DNA of 64,000 nt from Candidatus Krumholzibacteriota bacterium (GTDB taxonomy: Bacteria > Krumholzibacteriota > Krumholzibacteriia > JAJRXK01): NCBI GenBank assembly GCA_963727455.1, contig CAVSGG010000009.1, positions 352,001 to 416,000 of the forward strand. Reading direction: 5' to 3'. Shown piece by piece: positions 11,240 to 22,485 of this stretch (positions are counted from its first letter, which is position 1; the number at the start of each line of letters is the position of its first letter). Under the pieces are notes generated by a model, which was not told the origin of the DNA, searched no databases, and saw only the letters and a program-made list of their open reading frames with translations. Made by a program: the position numbers and the translations under genes.

Positions 11240-11289
11240 ACTCTAGGCCGCGGCCCTCGCGACGCCCCGCCCTCAACCCGAGCCTCGAA

Positions 11290-12750
11290 TCAGTAGCGAT
11301 AGTGATCGGGCTTGTAGGGCCCATCCACGGGAATTCCCAGATACTTGGACTGTTCCTCGCTCATTCGCGTGAGCTTCACACCGAGATGGTCCAGGTGCAG
11401 ACGCGCGACCTCTTCATCCAGCTTCTTGGGCAGCACATGCACGCTCTTGCCGTAGCTCTCGTGGTTCTTCCACAACTCGAGCTGCGCCAGGACTTGATTG
11501 GTGAAGGACGCGGACATCACGAAGCTGGGGTGGCCGGTGGCACAACCCAGATTCAGAAGGCGGCCTTCGGCGAGGACCAACACGCTGTGCCCGTCGGGGA
11601 ACACCCACTCGTCGTACTGCGGTTTGATGTTCACGCGCTGGATGCCACTGGTTCGCTTGAGACCGGCCATGTCGATTTCGTTGTCGAAGTGACCGATGTT
11701 GCCGACAATGGCCTTGTCCTTCATGCGCGCCATGTGCTCGGCCGTGATGATGTTGAAGTTGCCCGTAGTGGTGACGAAGAGATCCGCCCGCTCGACCATC
11801 TCGTCCATGGTCTTGACCTCATATCCTTCCATCGCGGCCTGCAGCGCGCAAATGGGGTCGATCTCGGTAATGACGACGCGGCAACCCTGCCCTCGCAGCG
11901 CCTGCGCGCAGCCCTTGCCAACCTCTCCGAAGCCCGCGACGACCGCGACCTTGCCGCCCAACATCACGTCGGTGGCGCGCATGATTCCGTCCGGCAGACT
12001 GTGCCGGCAGCCGTAGATGTTGTCGAATTTGCTCTTGGTGACCGAGTCGTTCACGTTGATCGCGGCGAACGGCAGCTTGCCCGCCTTGGCCATCTGGTAG
12101 AGACGGTGGACCCCGGTGGTGGTCTCCTCACTGACACCGCGGATGCCCTTTTCCACCTCGGTCCAGCGGGAGGGATGGTTCTTGGCGCTCTCACGCAGTG
12201 CGCTCAAGAACGCGCCCCACTCTTCGCTGTCCTTCTTGGAATCGAATTCGGGGATCTTGCCCGCGCGCTCGAACTCTGCGCCCTTGGTGACCATGAGCGT
12301 GGCGTCGCCACCGTCGTCCACGATGAGATCGGGACCGCTTCCGTCGGGCCACATCAAGGCCTCGGAGGTGCACCACCAGTACTCGGGCAGGCTCTCCCCC
12401 TTCCACGCGAACACCGGCACTCCCTGCGGGGATTCCACGCTGCCCTCGGGTCCCACCACCACGGCCGCCGCCGCTTGATCCTGGGTGGAAAAGATGTTGC
12501 AGCTCACCCAACGCAGGTCCGCGCCGAGTTCCCTCAGGGTCTCGATGAGGACTGCAGTCTGAACGGTCATGTGCAGGCTTCCCATGATCTTGGCGCCCTG
12601 GAGCGGCTTGTCTTGCGCGTAGCGCTTGCGGACGGCCATGAGGCCTGGCATTTCGTGCTCCGCCAGGCGGATTTCCTTGCGCCCCCTCTCGTGCAGAGTG
12701 AGATCGGCCACCTTGTGGCTGAGGCGAGTCGAGGTAGGGGTCGTCGTCAT
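11290..12750 (-). CDS. ahcY: Adenosylhomocysteinase
   Basis: [57 protein letters not shown]. Confidence 0.98.
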   Translation of the reverse strand: MTTTPTSTRLSHKVADLTLHERGRKEIRLAEHEMPGLMAVRKRYAQDKPLQGAKIMGSLHMTVQTAVLIETLRELGADLRWVSCNIFSTQDQAAAAVVVGPEGSVESPQGVPVFAWKGESLPEYWWCTSEALMWPDGSGPDLIVDDGGDATLMVTKGAEFERAGKIPEFDSKKDSEEWGAFLSALRESAKNHPSRWTEVEKGIRGVSEETTTGVHRLYQMAKAGKLPFAAINVNDSVTKSKFDNIYGCRHSLPDGIMRATDVMLGGKVAVVAGFGEVGKGCAQALRGQGCRVVITEIDPICALQAAMEGYEVKTMDEMVERADLFVTTTGNFNIITAEHMARMKDKAIVGNIGHFDNEIDMAGLKRTSGIQRVNIKPQYDEWVFPDGHSVLVLAEGRLLNLGCATGHPSFVMSASFTNQVLAQLELWKNHESYGKSVHVLPKKLDEEVARLHLDHLGVKLTRMSEEQSKYLGIPVDGPYKPDHYRY

Positions 12751-12956
12751 GGGGTCTCCGTTCGGACTCTCGGGCTTTGGGCCCTCGTGAAGGGGTGGGC
12801 GAAAGCTCGGGGCAAAGGCCAGGCTTTGGCCGAGCTACAAATCTCGCCAAAAAACTATCCTTTCTGCGGTTTCGCGCAATGTTTGGCGGCTTGACAAGCC
12901 GAATCCCCCACCGGAAGCTGCAGTGCGCGCTTCACCCGCTCCCGCACCTTCCTCAT

Positions 12957-14420
12957 ATGTCCTGGATTGCACCCATTCTGAGCCTGGCGGCGATTCTCTT
13001 CACCACCGGCATGCGATACCGCGCGGTGGGATTGCGCCATGCCGCCCCCTTTCCCCTCTCGGAGGTCCTCTCCCCCGCGCTGGCAATTGCGGCCGGCATC
13101 GCTCTCTTCGCGCTGGCCGCCGCCCTGCAATTTCGTTGGCGGAGAAGGCTCGCGGCTCCGCAATCCAGCGAATCGGATGCGCCCGGAGCGCTTGCACAGC
13201 GCCGGGCACGGTGGCAGATGTACCTCTTCCCCGCTCTTTTCGCGCTGGTGTGGGCCTTCATTCCCTCCGGGGCGTGGCAAGCTCTCCATTACGGGCTCGT
13301 CGCCACGCTCGCGCTGCTCCTTCTGACTCTCTTGGTGAAGGAAGAGGGGTGGCGGGAGCTAAAGGGAAGCGCCACCGGCTTTTCGAAGTCCGTGCGCTTT
13401 CTGCTCTGGCCCACCCTGCTCGCCGCGACCGCGTGGATCCTGCTCGTGATCCTTTTGAGCCCGCACTCCGCGCGCCGGCTCTCCGCACTCGTGCCGCGCT
13501 GGCATTCGGTGCTGCTCTCTCTTTTGACCTATCCACTCTACGCCTTGCTCCAGCTGAGCCTATTCCTCTGCTTCGTCGCGGGGCGCCTGCGGGTGCTGGG
13601 AGCCGGCCCGCGCGCGCGGGTGCTCGTTCCGGCCGTCCTGTTCGCGCTCATCCACTGGCCCAACGCGTGGATCATGGGCTTCGCCTTCCTCGCCATGTTG
13701 CTGTGGGCGGTCTGTTACCGGCGCTGGCGCAGCTTGCCCGCTCTGGCCTTGAGCATGGCGCTTTTGGCCACGGTGGTCACGCAGGCTCCCCTGGAGAATC
13801 TCACCGAACACCTACGAACCGGACCGGGCTACGTCTTCAATGCCTATCTACAAGAACTCTATCGTTACCAGGGTGAGCTGGAACGAGAGTGCCTGAAGAA
13901 CGACGGCTCGGTGCGGGACGACTCCGCCCTCTACTTCCGCGAGATCCTGGGCCAAGAGAAGCTCGGACAGGAGTATGAGCGCTGGGTCGCGCGCTGGGAA
14001 CGGGAGTGGCGCGCGCGATCCGCCGCCGACTTCTATCGCGGCCTGGCCAAGGGTTCAAACCTCCCCTATGACGAGTCCTATTGCCTAGCGCATGGCCGCG
14101 CCTGGTCGAGCGAGAAACGCTGGCACGATTGCGGCGAGAATTGGCGGAACTTCATCACGGCTCTCTACCGTGAAGTGGGGAAGCGCGAACCGGCGTCTGC
14201 CGAACTCGCGGCTTGGGATCCGCACCCCTCGGTGGGGCTGCGCAAGACCATGATCCACCGGCTCTTCAAATCTCCCGAATATTTCGCGCGCCGGGGAACG
14301 CCCGCGTGGAGAATCGCCCATCTCGCTCCCCTCATTCCCCCGCGCGAGCATCCCCTGCTCGACCCGAAGGAGGCCGCGCCAGGTCGAACCGTCACCCGGG
14401 AGAATGAGGGCATTCAGTGA
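12957..14420 (+). CDS. CPBP (Abi/CAAX) family membrane protein fused to a DUF4214-like C-terminal domain
   Basis: Multiple TM helices; LFALIHWPN..YRRWRSLPALALSMALL; soluble tail with FITALYREVGKREP..W..RLFKSPEY. Confidence 0.6.
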   Translation: MSWIAPILSLAAILFTTGMRYRAVGLRHAAPFPLSEVLSPALAIAAGIALFALAAALQFRWRRRLAAPQSSESDAPGALAQRRARWQMYLFPALFALVWAFIPSGAWQALHYGLVATLALLLLTLLVKEEGWRELKGSATGFSKSVRFLLWPTLLAATAWILLVILLSPHSARRLSALVPRWHSVLLSLLTYPLYALLQLSLFLCFVAGRLRVLGAGPRARVLVPAVLFALIHWPNAWIMGFAFLAMLLWAVCYRRWRSLPALALSMALLATVVTQAPLENLTEHLRTGPGYVFNAYLQELYRYQGELERECLKNDGSVRDDSALYFREILGQEKLGQEYERWVARWEREWRARSAADFYRGLAKGSNLPYDESYCLAHGRAWSSEKRWHDCGENWRNFITALYREVGKREPASAELAAWDPHPSVGLRKTMIHRLFKSPEYFARRGTPAWRIAHLAPLIPPREHPLLDPKEAAPGRTVTRENEGIQ

Positions 14421-14517
14421 GTTCTCCTCCCCTTCGATCGAGAGCTTGAGTCCACCCTGGCCGCGCCGTACTCTGTGGCCAATTCGTCCGCATGGGCTCG
14501 TCCGGTAGGAGGTAGTG

Positions 14518-15081
14518 ATGAGACGTCCATCCCTTTGGGGCATCCTGGTTCTCACGATCGCATTGGCCACGGCAGTTTCCCCCGCCATGGCAAACCGTCT
14601 CGGGGTCGAAGCCGGTGGGCTGTTTCCCTTCTCCAGCTTGAACGATCGTATCAATGTCTCCCCCTACTTTGGCGCGACCTTCGACATTCAGGAGATCAAC
14701 CCCTTGGGACAGATGGCCCTGCTCGGCGTGTATCTCCACGCGGCCTATTCGCCGCTGACCGTCGACAAGGAGACCAAGGACGCCCTGGTTCAGCTGGGCA
14801 ACAGCGACACCAGTGCCTCCTACTTCGAGGGGACCATCGGCCTCAAAGCCCACGCCAAGACCTCGCCGATCTTTCTCACGGTGCAGACGGGTTATGCACA
14901 TTACGACGCGCCCGGCGGAGGCTCCAAGGGCGGCATCGCGGGCGGCGTGGGAGTGGGAACGGCCTTCGGCGGACCGGCCTTGCATCTCACCATCGAGGGC
15001 CGCATGAACGTCGCCTTCCTGAAGGAAATCGACGACCTGCAGTTCTTCACCCTCACCGCCAGCCTGGGCTTCCCTTTCTGA
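14518..15081 (+). CDS. Small outer-membrane beta-barrel protein
   Basis: AGGAGG SD, signal peptide (..SPAMA), amphipathic strands, C-terminal LGFPF. Confidence 0.65.
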   Translation: MRRPSLWGILVLTIALATAVSPAMANRLGVEAGGLFPFSSLNDRINVSPYFGATFDIQEINPLGQMALLGVYLHAAYSPLTVDKETKDALVQLGNSDTSASYFEGTIGLKAHAKTSPIFLTVQTGYAHYDAPGGGSKGGIAGGVGVGTAFGGPALHLTIEGRMNVAFLKEIDDLQFFTLTASLGFPF

Positions 15082-15143
15082 GAAGCTGGGGAGGACTATC
15101 TTAGAGAGGTACGCTGAAGCTTCGGCCAAAACAGGAGAAGACC

Positions 15144-16487
15144 ATGCCTACGCTCTCTTCGCACTTCGAGGGACGTCAACCTTCGGCCATTCGGGTGGCG
15201 AGCATCCGTTTCGCGGAAAGGGGCGGCGACACCGAGGCGATCAACGTCGCCATCGGCAACGTATCCCTCCCCATGCATCCCGCGCTCATTGCCCGCATGA
15301 ACCAGCTCGGCGAGGAGAAGAGCCCGTTTGCCCGCGGCGTGGTGCGCTACACGCCGACGTTGGGACTGGCAGAGACGAACCAGGCTTTCCTGAACATTCT
15401 CGCCGCGAGTGGCTGCGTCACCGAGGGCCTCTACTCACAGGTCACCGATGGCGGAAGCCAGGCCATGGAGCTGGTGATTGCCGGGATTTGCGGAGCGGCC
15501 GGAAGCAAGGATCGTCCGCTGCTCCTCATCGACCCCGCCTACACCAACTACACCGCGTTCGCGAGTCGCTTGGGGCGCGCGACCGTCACTATTGCGCGCC
15601 GCCTGGACGAGAGCGGAAGATTCGCCTTGCCCGCGATCGACGAGATCGAGAGCGTCATAAAGAAAGAGCGGCCGGCCGGGATGGTCGTCATTCCCTACGA
15701 CAATCCCACCGGCCAACTCTACGCGCGCAAGACTCTGCTGCAGCTCGCGCGTCTCTGTGTGAAGCATGATCTCTGGCTGATCAGCGACGAAGCCTATCGC
15801 GAGCTGTACTACACGGGGGACGAATCTCTGAGCGTGTGGCAACTCGGCGAGTCCGAAGTTCCCGGCATCTCCGGTCGCAGAATCAGCATCGAGACTGCGA
15901 GCAAGGTGTGGAATGCCTGCGGCCTGCGCATCGGCGCCCTGATCAGCGACAACGAGAGCTTCCATCGCAAGGCGGTCGCCGAGAACACCGCGAGTCTGTG
16001 CAGCAATCACATCGGGCAGTGGATCTTCGCTGCGCTCGCCCAGGTCGACCACTCCGATCTGCGCGAGTGGTTCCAGCATCAGCGCGAGTATTACGGGGAC
16101 ATGCTCAAGGATTTCGCGGACGAGATGAAGGAGCGCCTGCCGCGCGCCATCGTCTCCTCTCCCGACGCGGCCCTCTACACGGTGGTCGATTTGAGAGAAG
16201 CGGCGGCGGACGGTTTCGACGCCATGGACTTCGTGCTCTTTTGCGCGGAGAAGGGAGAAGTCCGGATCGAAGGCAAATCCTTCACTCTTCTGACCGCGCC
16301 GATGGCGGGCTTCTACGCGGTTGACGCGGGCGCGGCGAATCCAGGTAAGACCCAGCTGCGGATCGCCTACGTGGAAACTCCCGAACGCATGCGCTTGGTT
16401 CCCCGCCTCTTGACCGAGCTCTTTCAACTCTACGAACACGAGAGATCGAAAACAGAGGTCAAAGGCGACGTGGCGGCCTCCCGATGA
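15144..16487 (+). CDS. Aminotransferase class I/II, PLP-dependent
   Basis: [42 protein letters not shown]. Confidence 0.9.
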   Translation: MPTLSSHFEGRQPSAIRVASIRFAERGGDTEAINVAIGNVSLPMHPALIARMNQLGEEKSPFARGVVRYTPTLGLAETNQAFLNILAASGCVTEGLYSQVTDGGSQAMELVIAGICGAAGSKDRPLLLIDPAYTNYTAFASRLGRATVTIARRLDESGRFALPAIDEIESVIKKERPAGMVVIPYDNPTGQLYARKTLLQLARLCVKHDLWLISDEAYRELYYTGDESLSVWQLGESEVPGISGRRISIETASKVWNACGLRIGALISDNESFHRKAVAENTASLCSNHIGQWIFAALAQVDHSDLREWFQHQREYYGDMLKDFADEMKERLPRAIVSSPDAALYTVVDLREAAADGFDAMDFVLFCAEKGEVRIEGKSFTLLTAPMAGFYAVDAGAANPGKTQLRIAYVETPERMRLVPRLLTELFQLYEHERSKTEVKGDVAASR

Positions 16488-18031
16488 GTCGCGGCAACTC
16501 TCCAGCGAAGATCGTACTGAAGAAGGGAGAATTGAGCTGGCGCGACTTGCGGCGCGTCGAAGAGGGCCAGGTAGAGCTGGAATTGCGCGCGGAAGACTAT
16601 GAGCGGATCGAGGCGGCCCGCACCACGATCGAGAACATCCTCGGCCGCGACCAGATTGTCTATGGAGTCAACACCGGTTTCGGACTTCTCGCACAGACCC
16701 GCATCCCCGCCGGCGAACTGGCGCTCCTGCAGAGAAACCTGCTGCTCTCCCACAGCGCGGGCACCGGGGCGCCGCTCGACGACGCTACAGTTCGCCTGAT
16801 CCTGGTCCTGAAGATCGCGAGCCTCGCGCGCGGCCACAGCGGAGTGCGGGTGGAACTCGTGCGCGCCCTGCAGTCGCTCTTGGCTGCGGACGTCTTGCCC
16901 TGCATCCCCTCGCAGGGTTCTGTCGGTGCTTCCGGCGATCTCGCCCCCCTGGCCCATCTCGCCGCCACACTTCTTGGCGAGGGGCGTGTGCGCGTGCGGG
17001 ACAAGGAACTGCCGGCCGCCGAAGGCCTCGCCCAAGCGGGAGTCTTCCCGCTCGAGCTCGCTCCCAAGGAGGGGCTGGCGCTCATCAATGGAACGCAAGT
17101 GTCCACCGCGCTCGCACTGCGGGGACTGTTCGCGGCGGAGAATGATCTGGCGGCGGGGGTGATCGCGGGCGCTTTGAGTATCGACGCGGCCAAGGCCAGC
17201 CTTGCTCCCTTCGACCCACGCATCCACGAACTCCGTGGCCTGAAGGGGCAGATTGCGGTCGCGCGCGCGGTTTTGCGACTTTTGGAAGGTTCTCAGATCC
17301 ACGAGAGCCACCGCAACTGCGATCGGGTGCAGGACCCCTACAGCTTGCGTTGCCAGGCCCAGGTCATGGGTGCATGTCTCGATCTCCTCGAATTTTGCGC
17401 CGCACAGCTTTCACGCGAGGCGAATGCGGTGACCGACAACCCACTCGTCTTCCCCGAGAACGGCGAGGTCATCAGCGGAGGAAATTTCCACGCGGAGCCG
17501 GTTGCCTTCGCCGCCGACACTCTGGCCCTCGCCCTCGCGGAAATGGGAGCCATGAGCGAACGCCGCATTGCGCTGCTCACCGATCCCAAGATGAGTGGCC
17601 TTCCGGCGTTCTTGGTAAAAGAGAGCGGAGTCAACTCCGGCTTCATGATCGCGCACGTTACCGCCGCCGCTTTGGCGAGCGAAAACAAGCAATTGGCCCA
17701 TCCCGCTTCGGTCGATAGCCTCCCCACTTCCGCCAATCAAGAGGATCACGTGAGCATGGCCACACACGCCGCGCGCCGCCTGCTCCCGATGGCCGCGAAC
17801 ACCGCGGGGATTCTGGCCATCGAGCTCTTGGCTGCATGCCAGGGCATCGAATTTCATGCCCCGCATCAATCTTCACCGCCGCTACGGGAAGTTCTCCAAA
17901 GAGTGCGCGAAAAGGTGCCGTTCTACGAGACGGACCGGCGATTCTCTCCCGATATCGACGCGATCAAGGCGCTCATTCAGAGCGGCGCTTTCACCCCGTG
18001 GGTCGAGGAGCTCTTACCCTCCCACACTTGA
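16484..18031 (+). CDS. hutH: Histidine ammonia-lyase
   Basis: [14 protein letters not shown] (histidine-type specificity), [12 protein letters not shown] (MIO), [22 protein letters not shown] overlap with the upstream gene. Confidence 0.95.
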   Translation: MSRGNSPAKIVLKKGELSWRDLRRVEEGQVELELRAEDYERIEAARTTIENILGRDQIVYGVNTGFGLLAQTRIPAGELALLQRNLLLSHSAGTGAPLDDATVRLILVLKIASLARGHSGVRVELVRALQSLLAADVLPCIPSQGSVGASGDLAPLAHLAATLLGEGRVRVRDKELPAAEGLAQAGVFPLELAPKEGLALINGTQVSTALALRGLFAAENDLAAGVIAGALSIDAAKASLAPFDPRIHELRGLKGQIAVARAVLRLLEGSQIHESHRNCDRVQDPYSLRCQAQVMGACLDLLEFCAAQLSREANAVTDNPLVFPENGEVISGGNFHAEPVAFAADTLALALAEMGAMSERRIALLTDPKMSGLPAFLVKESGVNSGFMIAHVTAAALASENKQLAHPASVDSLPTSANQEDHVSMATHAARRLLPMAANTAGILAIELLAACQGIEFHAPHQSSPPLREVLQRVREKVPFYETDRRFSPDIDAIKALIQSGAFTPWVEELLPSHT

Positions 18032-18058
18032 GAAAAAGCTGTGCGAGAGAGGTGCGCG

Positions 18059-18559
18059 ATGCGGATTCGTTTTTGGCCTCTACTGGTGTTCGCGTTCAGT
18101 CTAGTGGCGTCCGCGGGTTGCTCACACCACGACGAACCCACCGCGCCAGCCATGCCGATCGATCCCGGAGCGGACACCGTCCGGGACGGAGTGATGCTCC
18201 AGGAGACTCGAATCGATTGTCCCGCAGGCGCCGATTGCCTGGGCTTCGTCCAGGTCCTCTTCGACGGCGAAATCCGAGTGAACCCGCTCGGGAACCCGGC
18301 GGTCGTCACCGGCATCGACACGCTCGTCAGTACGCAGTTACAACAGGTGCACAACCTCGCCCTCGACTCTTCGATGATCGAGATCTTCAAACAGGCGGAA
18401 GCGGGTTGCACCAGCGCGAGCGATACGGTGGAGGTCATGAGCCTGCGCAGTGAGAACGATGTATTCAAGGTGAAGATCACGGGCTGTACGAGCGGTGCGG
18501 CGGCCGAGCTCCGTGAACTGCTCCTGGATCTCGCCGAGGAGTACTTCCCCCGGCCTTAA
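18059..18559 (+). CDS. Hypothetical lipoprotein
   Basis: GAGG SD, signal peptide with lipobox SAGC, four further Cys. Confidence 0.6.
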   Translation: MRIRFWPLLVFAFSLVASAGCSHHDEPTAPAMPIDPGADTVRDGVMLQETRIDCPAGADCLGFVQVLFDGEIRVNPLGNPAVVTGIDTLVSTQLQQVHNLALDSSMIEIFKQAEAGCTSASDTVEVMSLRSENDVFKVKITGCTSGAAAELRELLLDLAEEYFPRP

Positions 18560-18614
18560 AGATCTTAGAAATGGACCGCTGTTCGAGCGGGAGAAGCCGA
18601 ACTCGCGGCCGAAC

Positions 18615-19488
18615 TCACTTGCGTTCGAGGATGGTCCGCAGGTCGCCGATGCCTTCCACCGAACACACGACTTCGTCCCCGTGCTGCAGTGGGCTCACTC
18701 CCTCCGGGGTTCCCATGAGGACCATATCACCCGGGTAGAGCGTCAAGTGGCGCGAGAGGTAGGCGATGGCGTGCGGAATATCCACCACCCAGTCCCGAGT
18801 GCTGGCGTCCTGGCGCAGCTCTCCATTCACCCGGGCTTGAACGCGTAGATCGGAGATGTCGATCTGTTCTCGGGGTACCAGGCACGGACCCAAAGGACAG
18901 AATCCGTCCAGGTTCTTGCCGCGAAACCAAGGGAATTTCAATTCGCGATCGCGCCCTTGCAGACTGCGCGCCGTAAGATCGTTGGCCACGGTGTAGCCAG
19001 CGACATAGCTCATGGCTTCCGAGAGCGTGATGTCCTTCCCTTCGCTCCCTATCACCAGCGCAACTTCCGCTTCGTGATCGACCCGTTCTTCGTACCAGGA
19101 AGGGACCGTGACGGTGGCGCCGCTGGGACGCAAGAGCTCGGGCAATTTGTTGAAGAACAGAGGCTCCTCGGGGCACCTCTTCTCCAAACTCCGCCGCATG
19201 GGCGCGGAAGTTCTTGCCCAGTGCGAGGATCTTGCCCACCCGCGATGCCGCAATGGGGGTATCCAACTCGAGCGCAGAATCCCGCGGCGGCGAAACTTCC
19301 TTCCAGCCTCCACTTCGAAGCCGGGCCGAGAGTTGGGAGGGCGCGAAGAAACCTCGGCGGGACAGCTCGAGGAACTCGGCGGGCAGACCCTCTTCGGCCA
19401 GATGAGCACTCAGATCGAGGAAGCGGTCCTCTGTCTCGAGCACCAGAGGATGCTCCGGGGCGGCGAGACGATAGATGCGGGCAATCAT
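18615..19488 (-). CDS. Fumarylacetoacetate hydrolase family protein (frameshift near 19175)
   Basis: KILALGKNFRAHAAE / PEEPLFFNK..DHEAEVALVIG..YTVANDLTAR..GKNLDGFCPLGP..GTPEGV. Confidence 0.9.
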
Positions 19489-19610
19489 GGTCACCTCGTA
19501 CATTCAAGGAGGGTGTATCCTGCGCCGTTTTTCGCGCTCTGGCAAGGCTTGCAGCGCGGAGACGGAAGTGCTTGCATGCAGGGGTGTCCTTCAATCGGGG
19601 AGAGTCACCG

Positions 19611-22381
19611 TTGCGCGGACTGCATGTGTCGCTGTGTTTCTTGTACCTGTTGCTCGCGACGCCCATCCGGGCGGAAACTCTGCGCCTGCCCGCCACGGCC
19701 GACGTTTGGCTATCGCACGCCACGCCACGCGAGAGCGATACGGGCGCCGGAGGCAGCCCAGTCTTCAAGTTGAAATCCGTGCAGGAACTGGCAGCAATTC
19801 GTTTCGACCTCACATCGATTCGCACGAGGCCTCTCCTCGCAGCGCGTCTTCACCTGCGCGGCCGAGGTACCTACGCGCCCCGCTGGTTACGCGTGTCCAC
19901 CGTGAGCTCACAGTGGACGGAAGGAAGGGCGGAGCGCGCCTACTCGGGACGTGACGGCGCAAGTTGGAACTCTCCCGACATTCCCCGACGGCGACCAGCT
20001 GGTCCTGGCCGGGCTCCTCCTTTTGCGACGTCTGCATGGGCGCGGGCAACACCGAAGTGCATACCCTCGCGGTACAGAGGGACGCGGAGCGCTGGATCAG
20101 CGTCGAGCTGCCTACTTCCTTGGTGGAGGCCATGGCCTGCGGCATCAGCGACGGATTGGCACTGATGGAGGGCGGCTCGCCCTACATGCGGAACTACTAC
20201 TTCCAGAGCGCCCAATCTTGGGAAGGAGTGCCGTGGTTGGAGCTAGAGTGCGAGACCCATCTTCTGGACCACCCCCTACCGCTCCACAGCTGAGTCTTTT
20301 CGCCGACGAGTCCCGCGCCAGCCTTGATAGGAGGAGCGACGCGCGTGGCCGTTGCGTACGACTGCGCCGCCTTCGCGTACCGCGGGTGGCTCGATGGCAA
20401 AGCTCTGGAGAACTGGCAAATTCCCCGTCCGCTGCAACGGCGACTCGACGGTCTTCTGGCTGAAGGGTCTGCAAGCCGGCACTCGCCATACTCTCTCCCT
20501 GCAAGCCCTGTCGAAAGTGGGACTTGCCTCGTCCCGCATCGAGACTCAGCTTTCGGCCCAGCGAAGCGCTGCCCGAACCGGCGCCCCTGGCCAGGAGCGC
20601 TCGCACGCCTCGAGAGAACGCGCCAGCCAGACCACCCTCCGTATGGGCCGAGCCCGCGCTGGCCAAGCTCGATCCGGTCGCTACGCTCCGACTCGACGAA
20701 AGGGGGCTCGAGGCTCTGAGACCCTGGGTATCGAATGCGGTATGGGATGGGAAGAGAGTGCGGCTGGCGGGAGCGCGGCGCGAAACACTGTCCTTTCAAC
20801 TCGTGGTGCAGAGCGAGGGAGAGGATTCTCTAGGCAGCGTGACGATCCGTCCGCGAGATCTGCTATCGGTGAACGGCGACACGCTTTCTCATTCCAGTTT
20901 CAAACTCTATTCGCTCTGGTACGTGCAGCGTGCCGACACGAGATGGCAGCCCTCCTACCTCGTTCCGTTCGAAGCTGGCGTGCCCGTGGACCTCAGCCCG
21001 AAGTAGCAATGGACCCGCGCGCGCGTCCAACCGCGCCTGTTCATCGAGTTGGAGCTTCCAGACGACGCCACGCCCGGAGTCTACCGCGGTGCACTGACGC
21101 GTCGAGTGGCAAGCAGGAGGAACCCAACAACTCCCCATCGAACTCGAACTGGTGAATTGGAGTCTGCCGCGCACGCCGGGCTTTCGAATCGAGCTCAACG
21201 CCTACCATGTGCCCAAGACCGCCCTCAGCTACTTTCGCATCGCGAGACAGAACCGTTGCGTGTTCACTCCCTGGGTCCTGAGCCCGCGCCTGCGCAAGGG
21301 TCGCGCTGGACCCTCTCTCGATTGGTCCGAGTACGACCTCCTCGCCGATTCACTCCTCACCGGCAGCGCCTTTCCCGACGATCCCCGGCCCCTGGAAGTC
21401 CTTTATCTGCCGTTCTGGGAATCGTGGCCGACGACGATCACTCCCGCGAACTACCACTATCGCGGTCGCTGGCCCAAGCGCGGGGATCCCTACCGCTGGA
21501 TGTGGGATCACCCCGAAAGCGCACCGAGGATCGATCGGGCCTTCGATGCCAGCTATCTGCGCGCGTTCGCGAAGGTGGAAGGATCCTTCGTGGATCACTT
21601 CGAGCAGAAGGGCTGGAACCAAACCGAGTTGCATTGCTTTTTCGGTTCCAAGATGCGGCATCGTACCGACTACGGACGCTCGACCTGGTGGAATACGGAC
21701 GAACCACTGTACTGGACCGATTGGTCGGCCCTCGGCTTTTTCCTTTCTCTCTTCGATGAGAACCTCCCGCCACAAAAGCGTTCGCAGTGGCTCACGCGCG
21801 CGGATGTGTCGCGACCGGAGTGGCTGGAGGGCGCCCTCGATTCGCGGGCACGGATCGTCTATACCGGCGGCCAGACTAGTGCGGCGCAGGCCCGGCGCTG
21901 TCGTGAACTCGCGCGTTCGCTGCACTTTCGCTGGCAGGTCTATGGCGCGGTGAATCAGGAAGACGCCCCGGTCAGCGACACCGTGGCGTGGATCGCAAGA
22001 GCCTGGTTGGACGGAGCGCGCGGGGCTCTGGTCTGGCTCAGTTTGGGAAACGCAGACTCCTGGGCGAACTACGATCCGGACGATGCTCCCGGAACGGCGC
22101 TGCTTCTGGCGCCGAGCCCCGCAGGGCGGGGCCGAGTGGTGGGGGATTTACGCTTGAAGGCCCTTCGCGATGCGCAACAGCTCAGCGAATGGCTGAAACT
22201 GCTCGAGACGAAGGAAGGACTGAAGCGACCCCAAATGGAGAGTCTGGTTCGTCCCTTTCTGCAGAGGGGGCCGACGGACGCGCGGAAAGTCGAGCCCGAC
22301 GGTCTCCCAATGCCAGATCAGGGGTTCTCCACGCGCTCTCTGGAGGAGCTGCGCATGGCGATTCTGCAGCGCCTCTTCTGA
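19611..22381 (+). CDS. Large secreted DNRLRE-like plus DUF4091/GH123-like protein, multiply frameshifted
   Basis: Signal peptide; LRLPATADVWL..AAIRFDL; LAGARRETLSFQLVV; WNTDEP; LRLKALRDAQQLSEWL. Pieces lie in ORFs 18957, 19964, 20324, 20524, 21049 and 21152. Confidence 0.6.
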
Positions 22382-22485
22382 GCTAGGTGGCTGGAAATCG
22401 CCGAGGTGCTTGTGTCATACTCTCCTCGCGTCCCGGCGAATTCCCCTGAACTTTCCGAGCCATCGAATCCGCGAGATTTCCGAGC

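Noticed and set aside
12804-12836. Inverted repeat upstream of ahcY as a possible SAH riboswitch
   Set aside because: The hairpin is real, but the GCCAGGCT-like element is on the wrong strand and the GAGGAGCG core is absent. An Rfam search would settle it.
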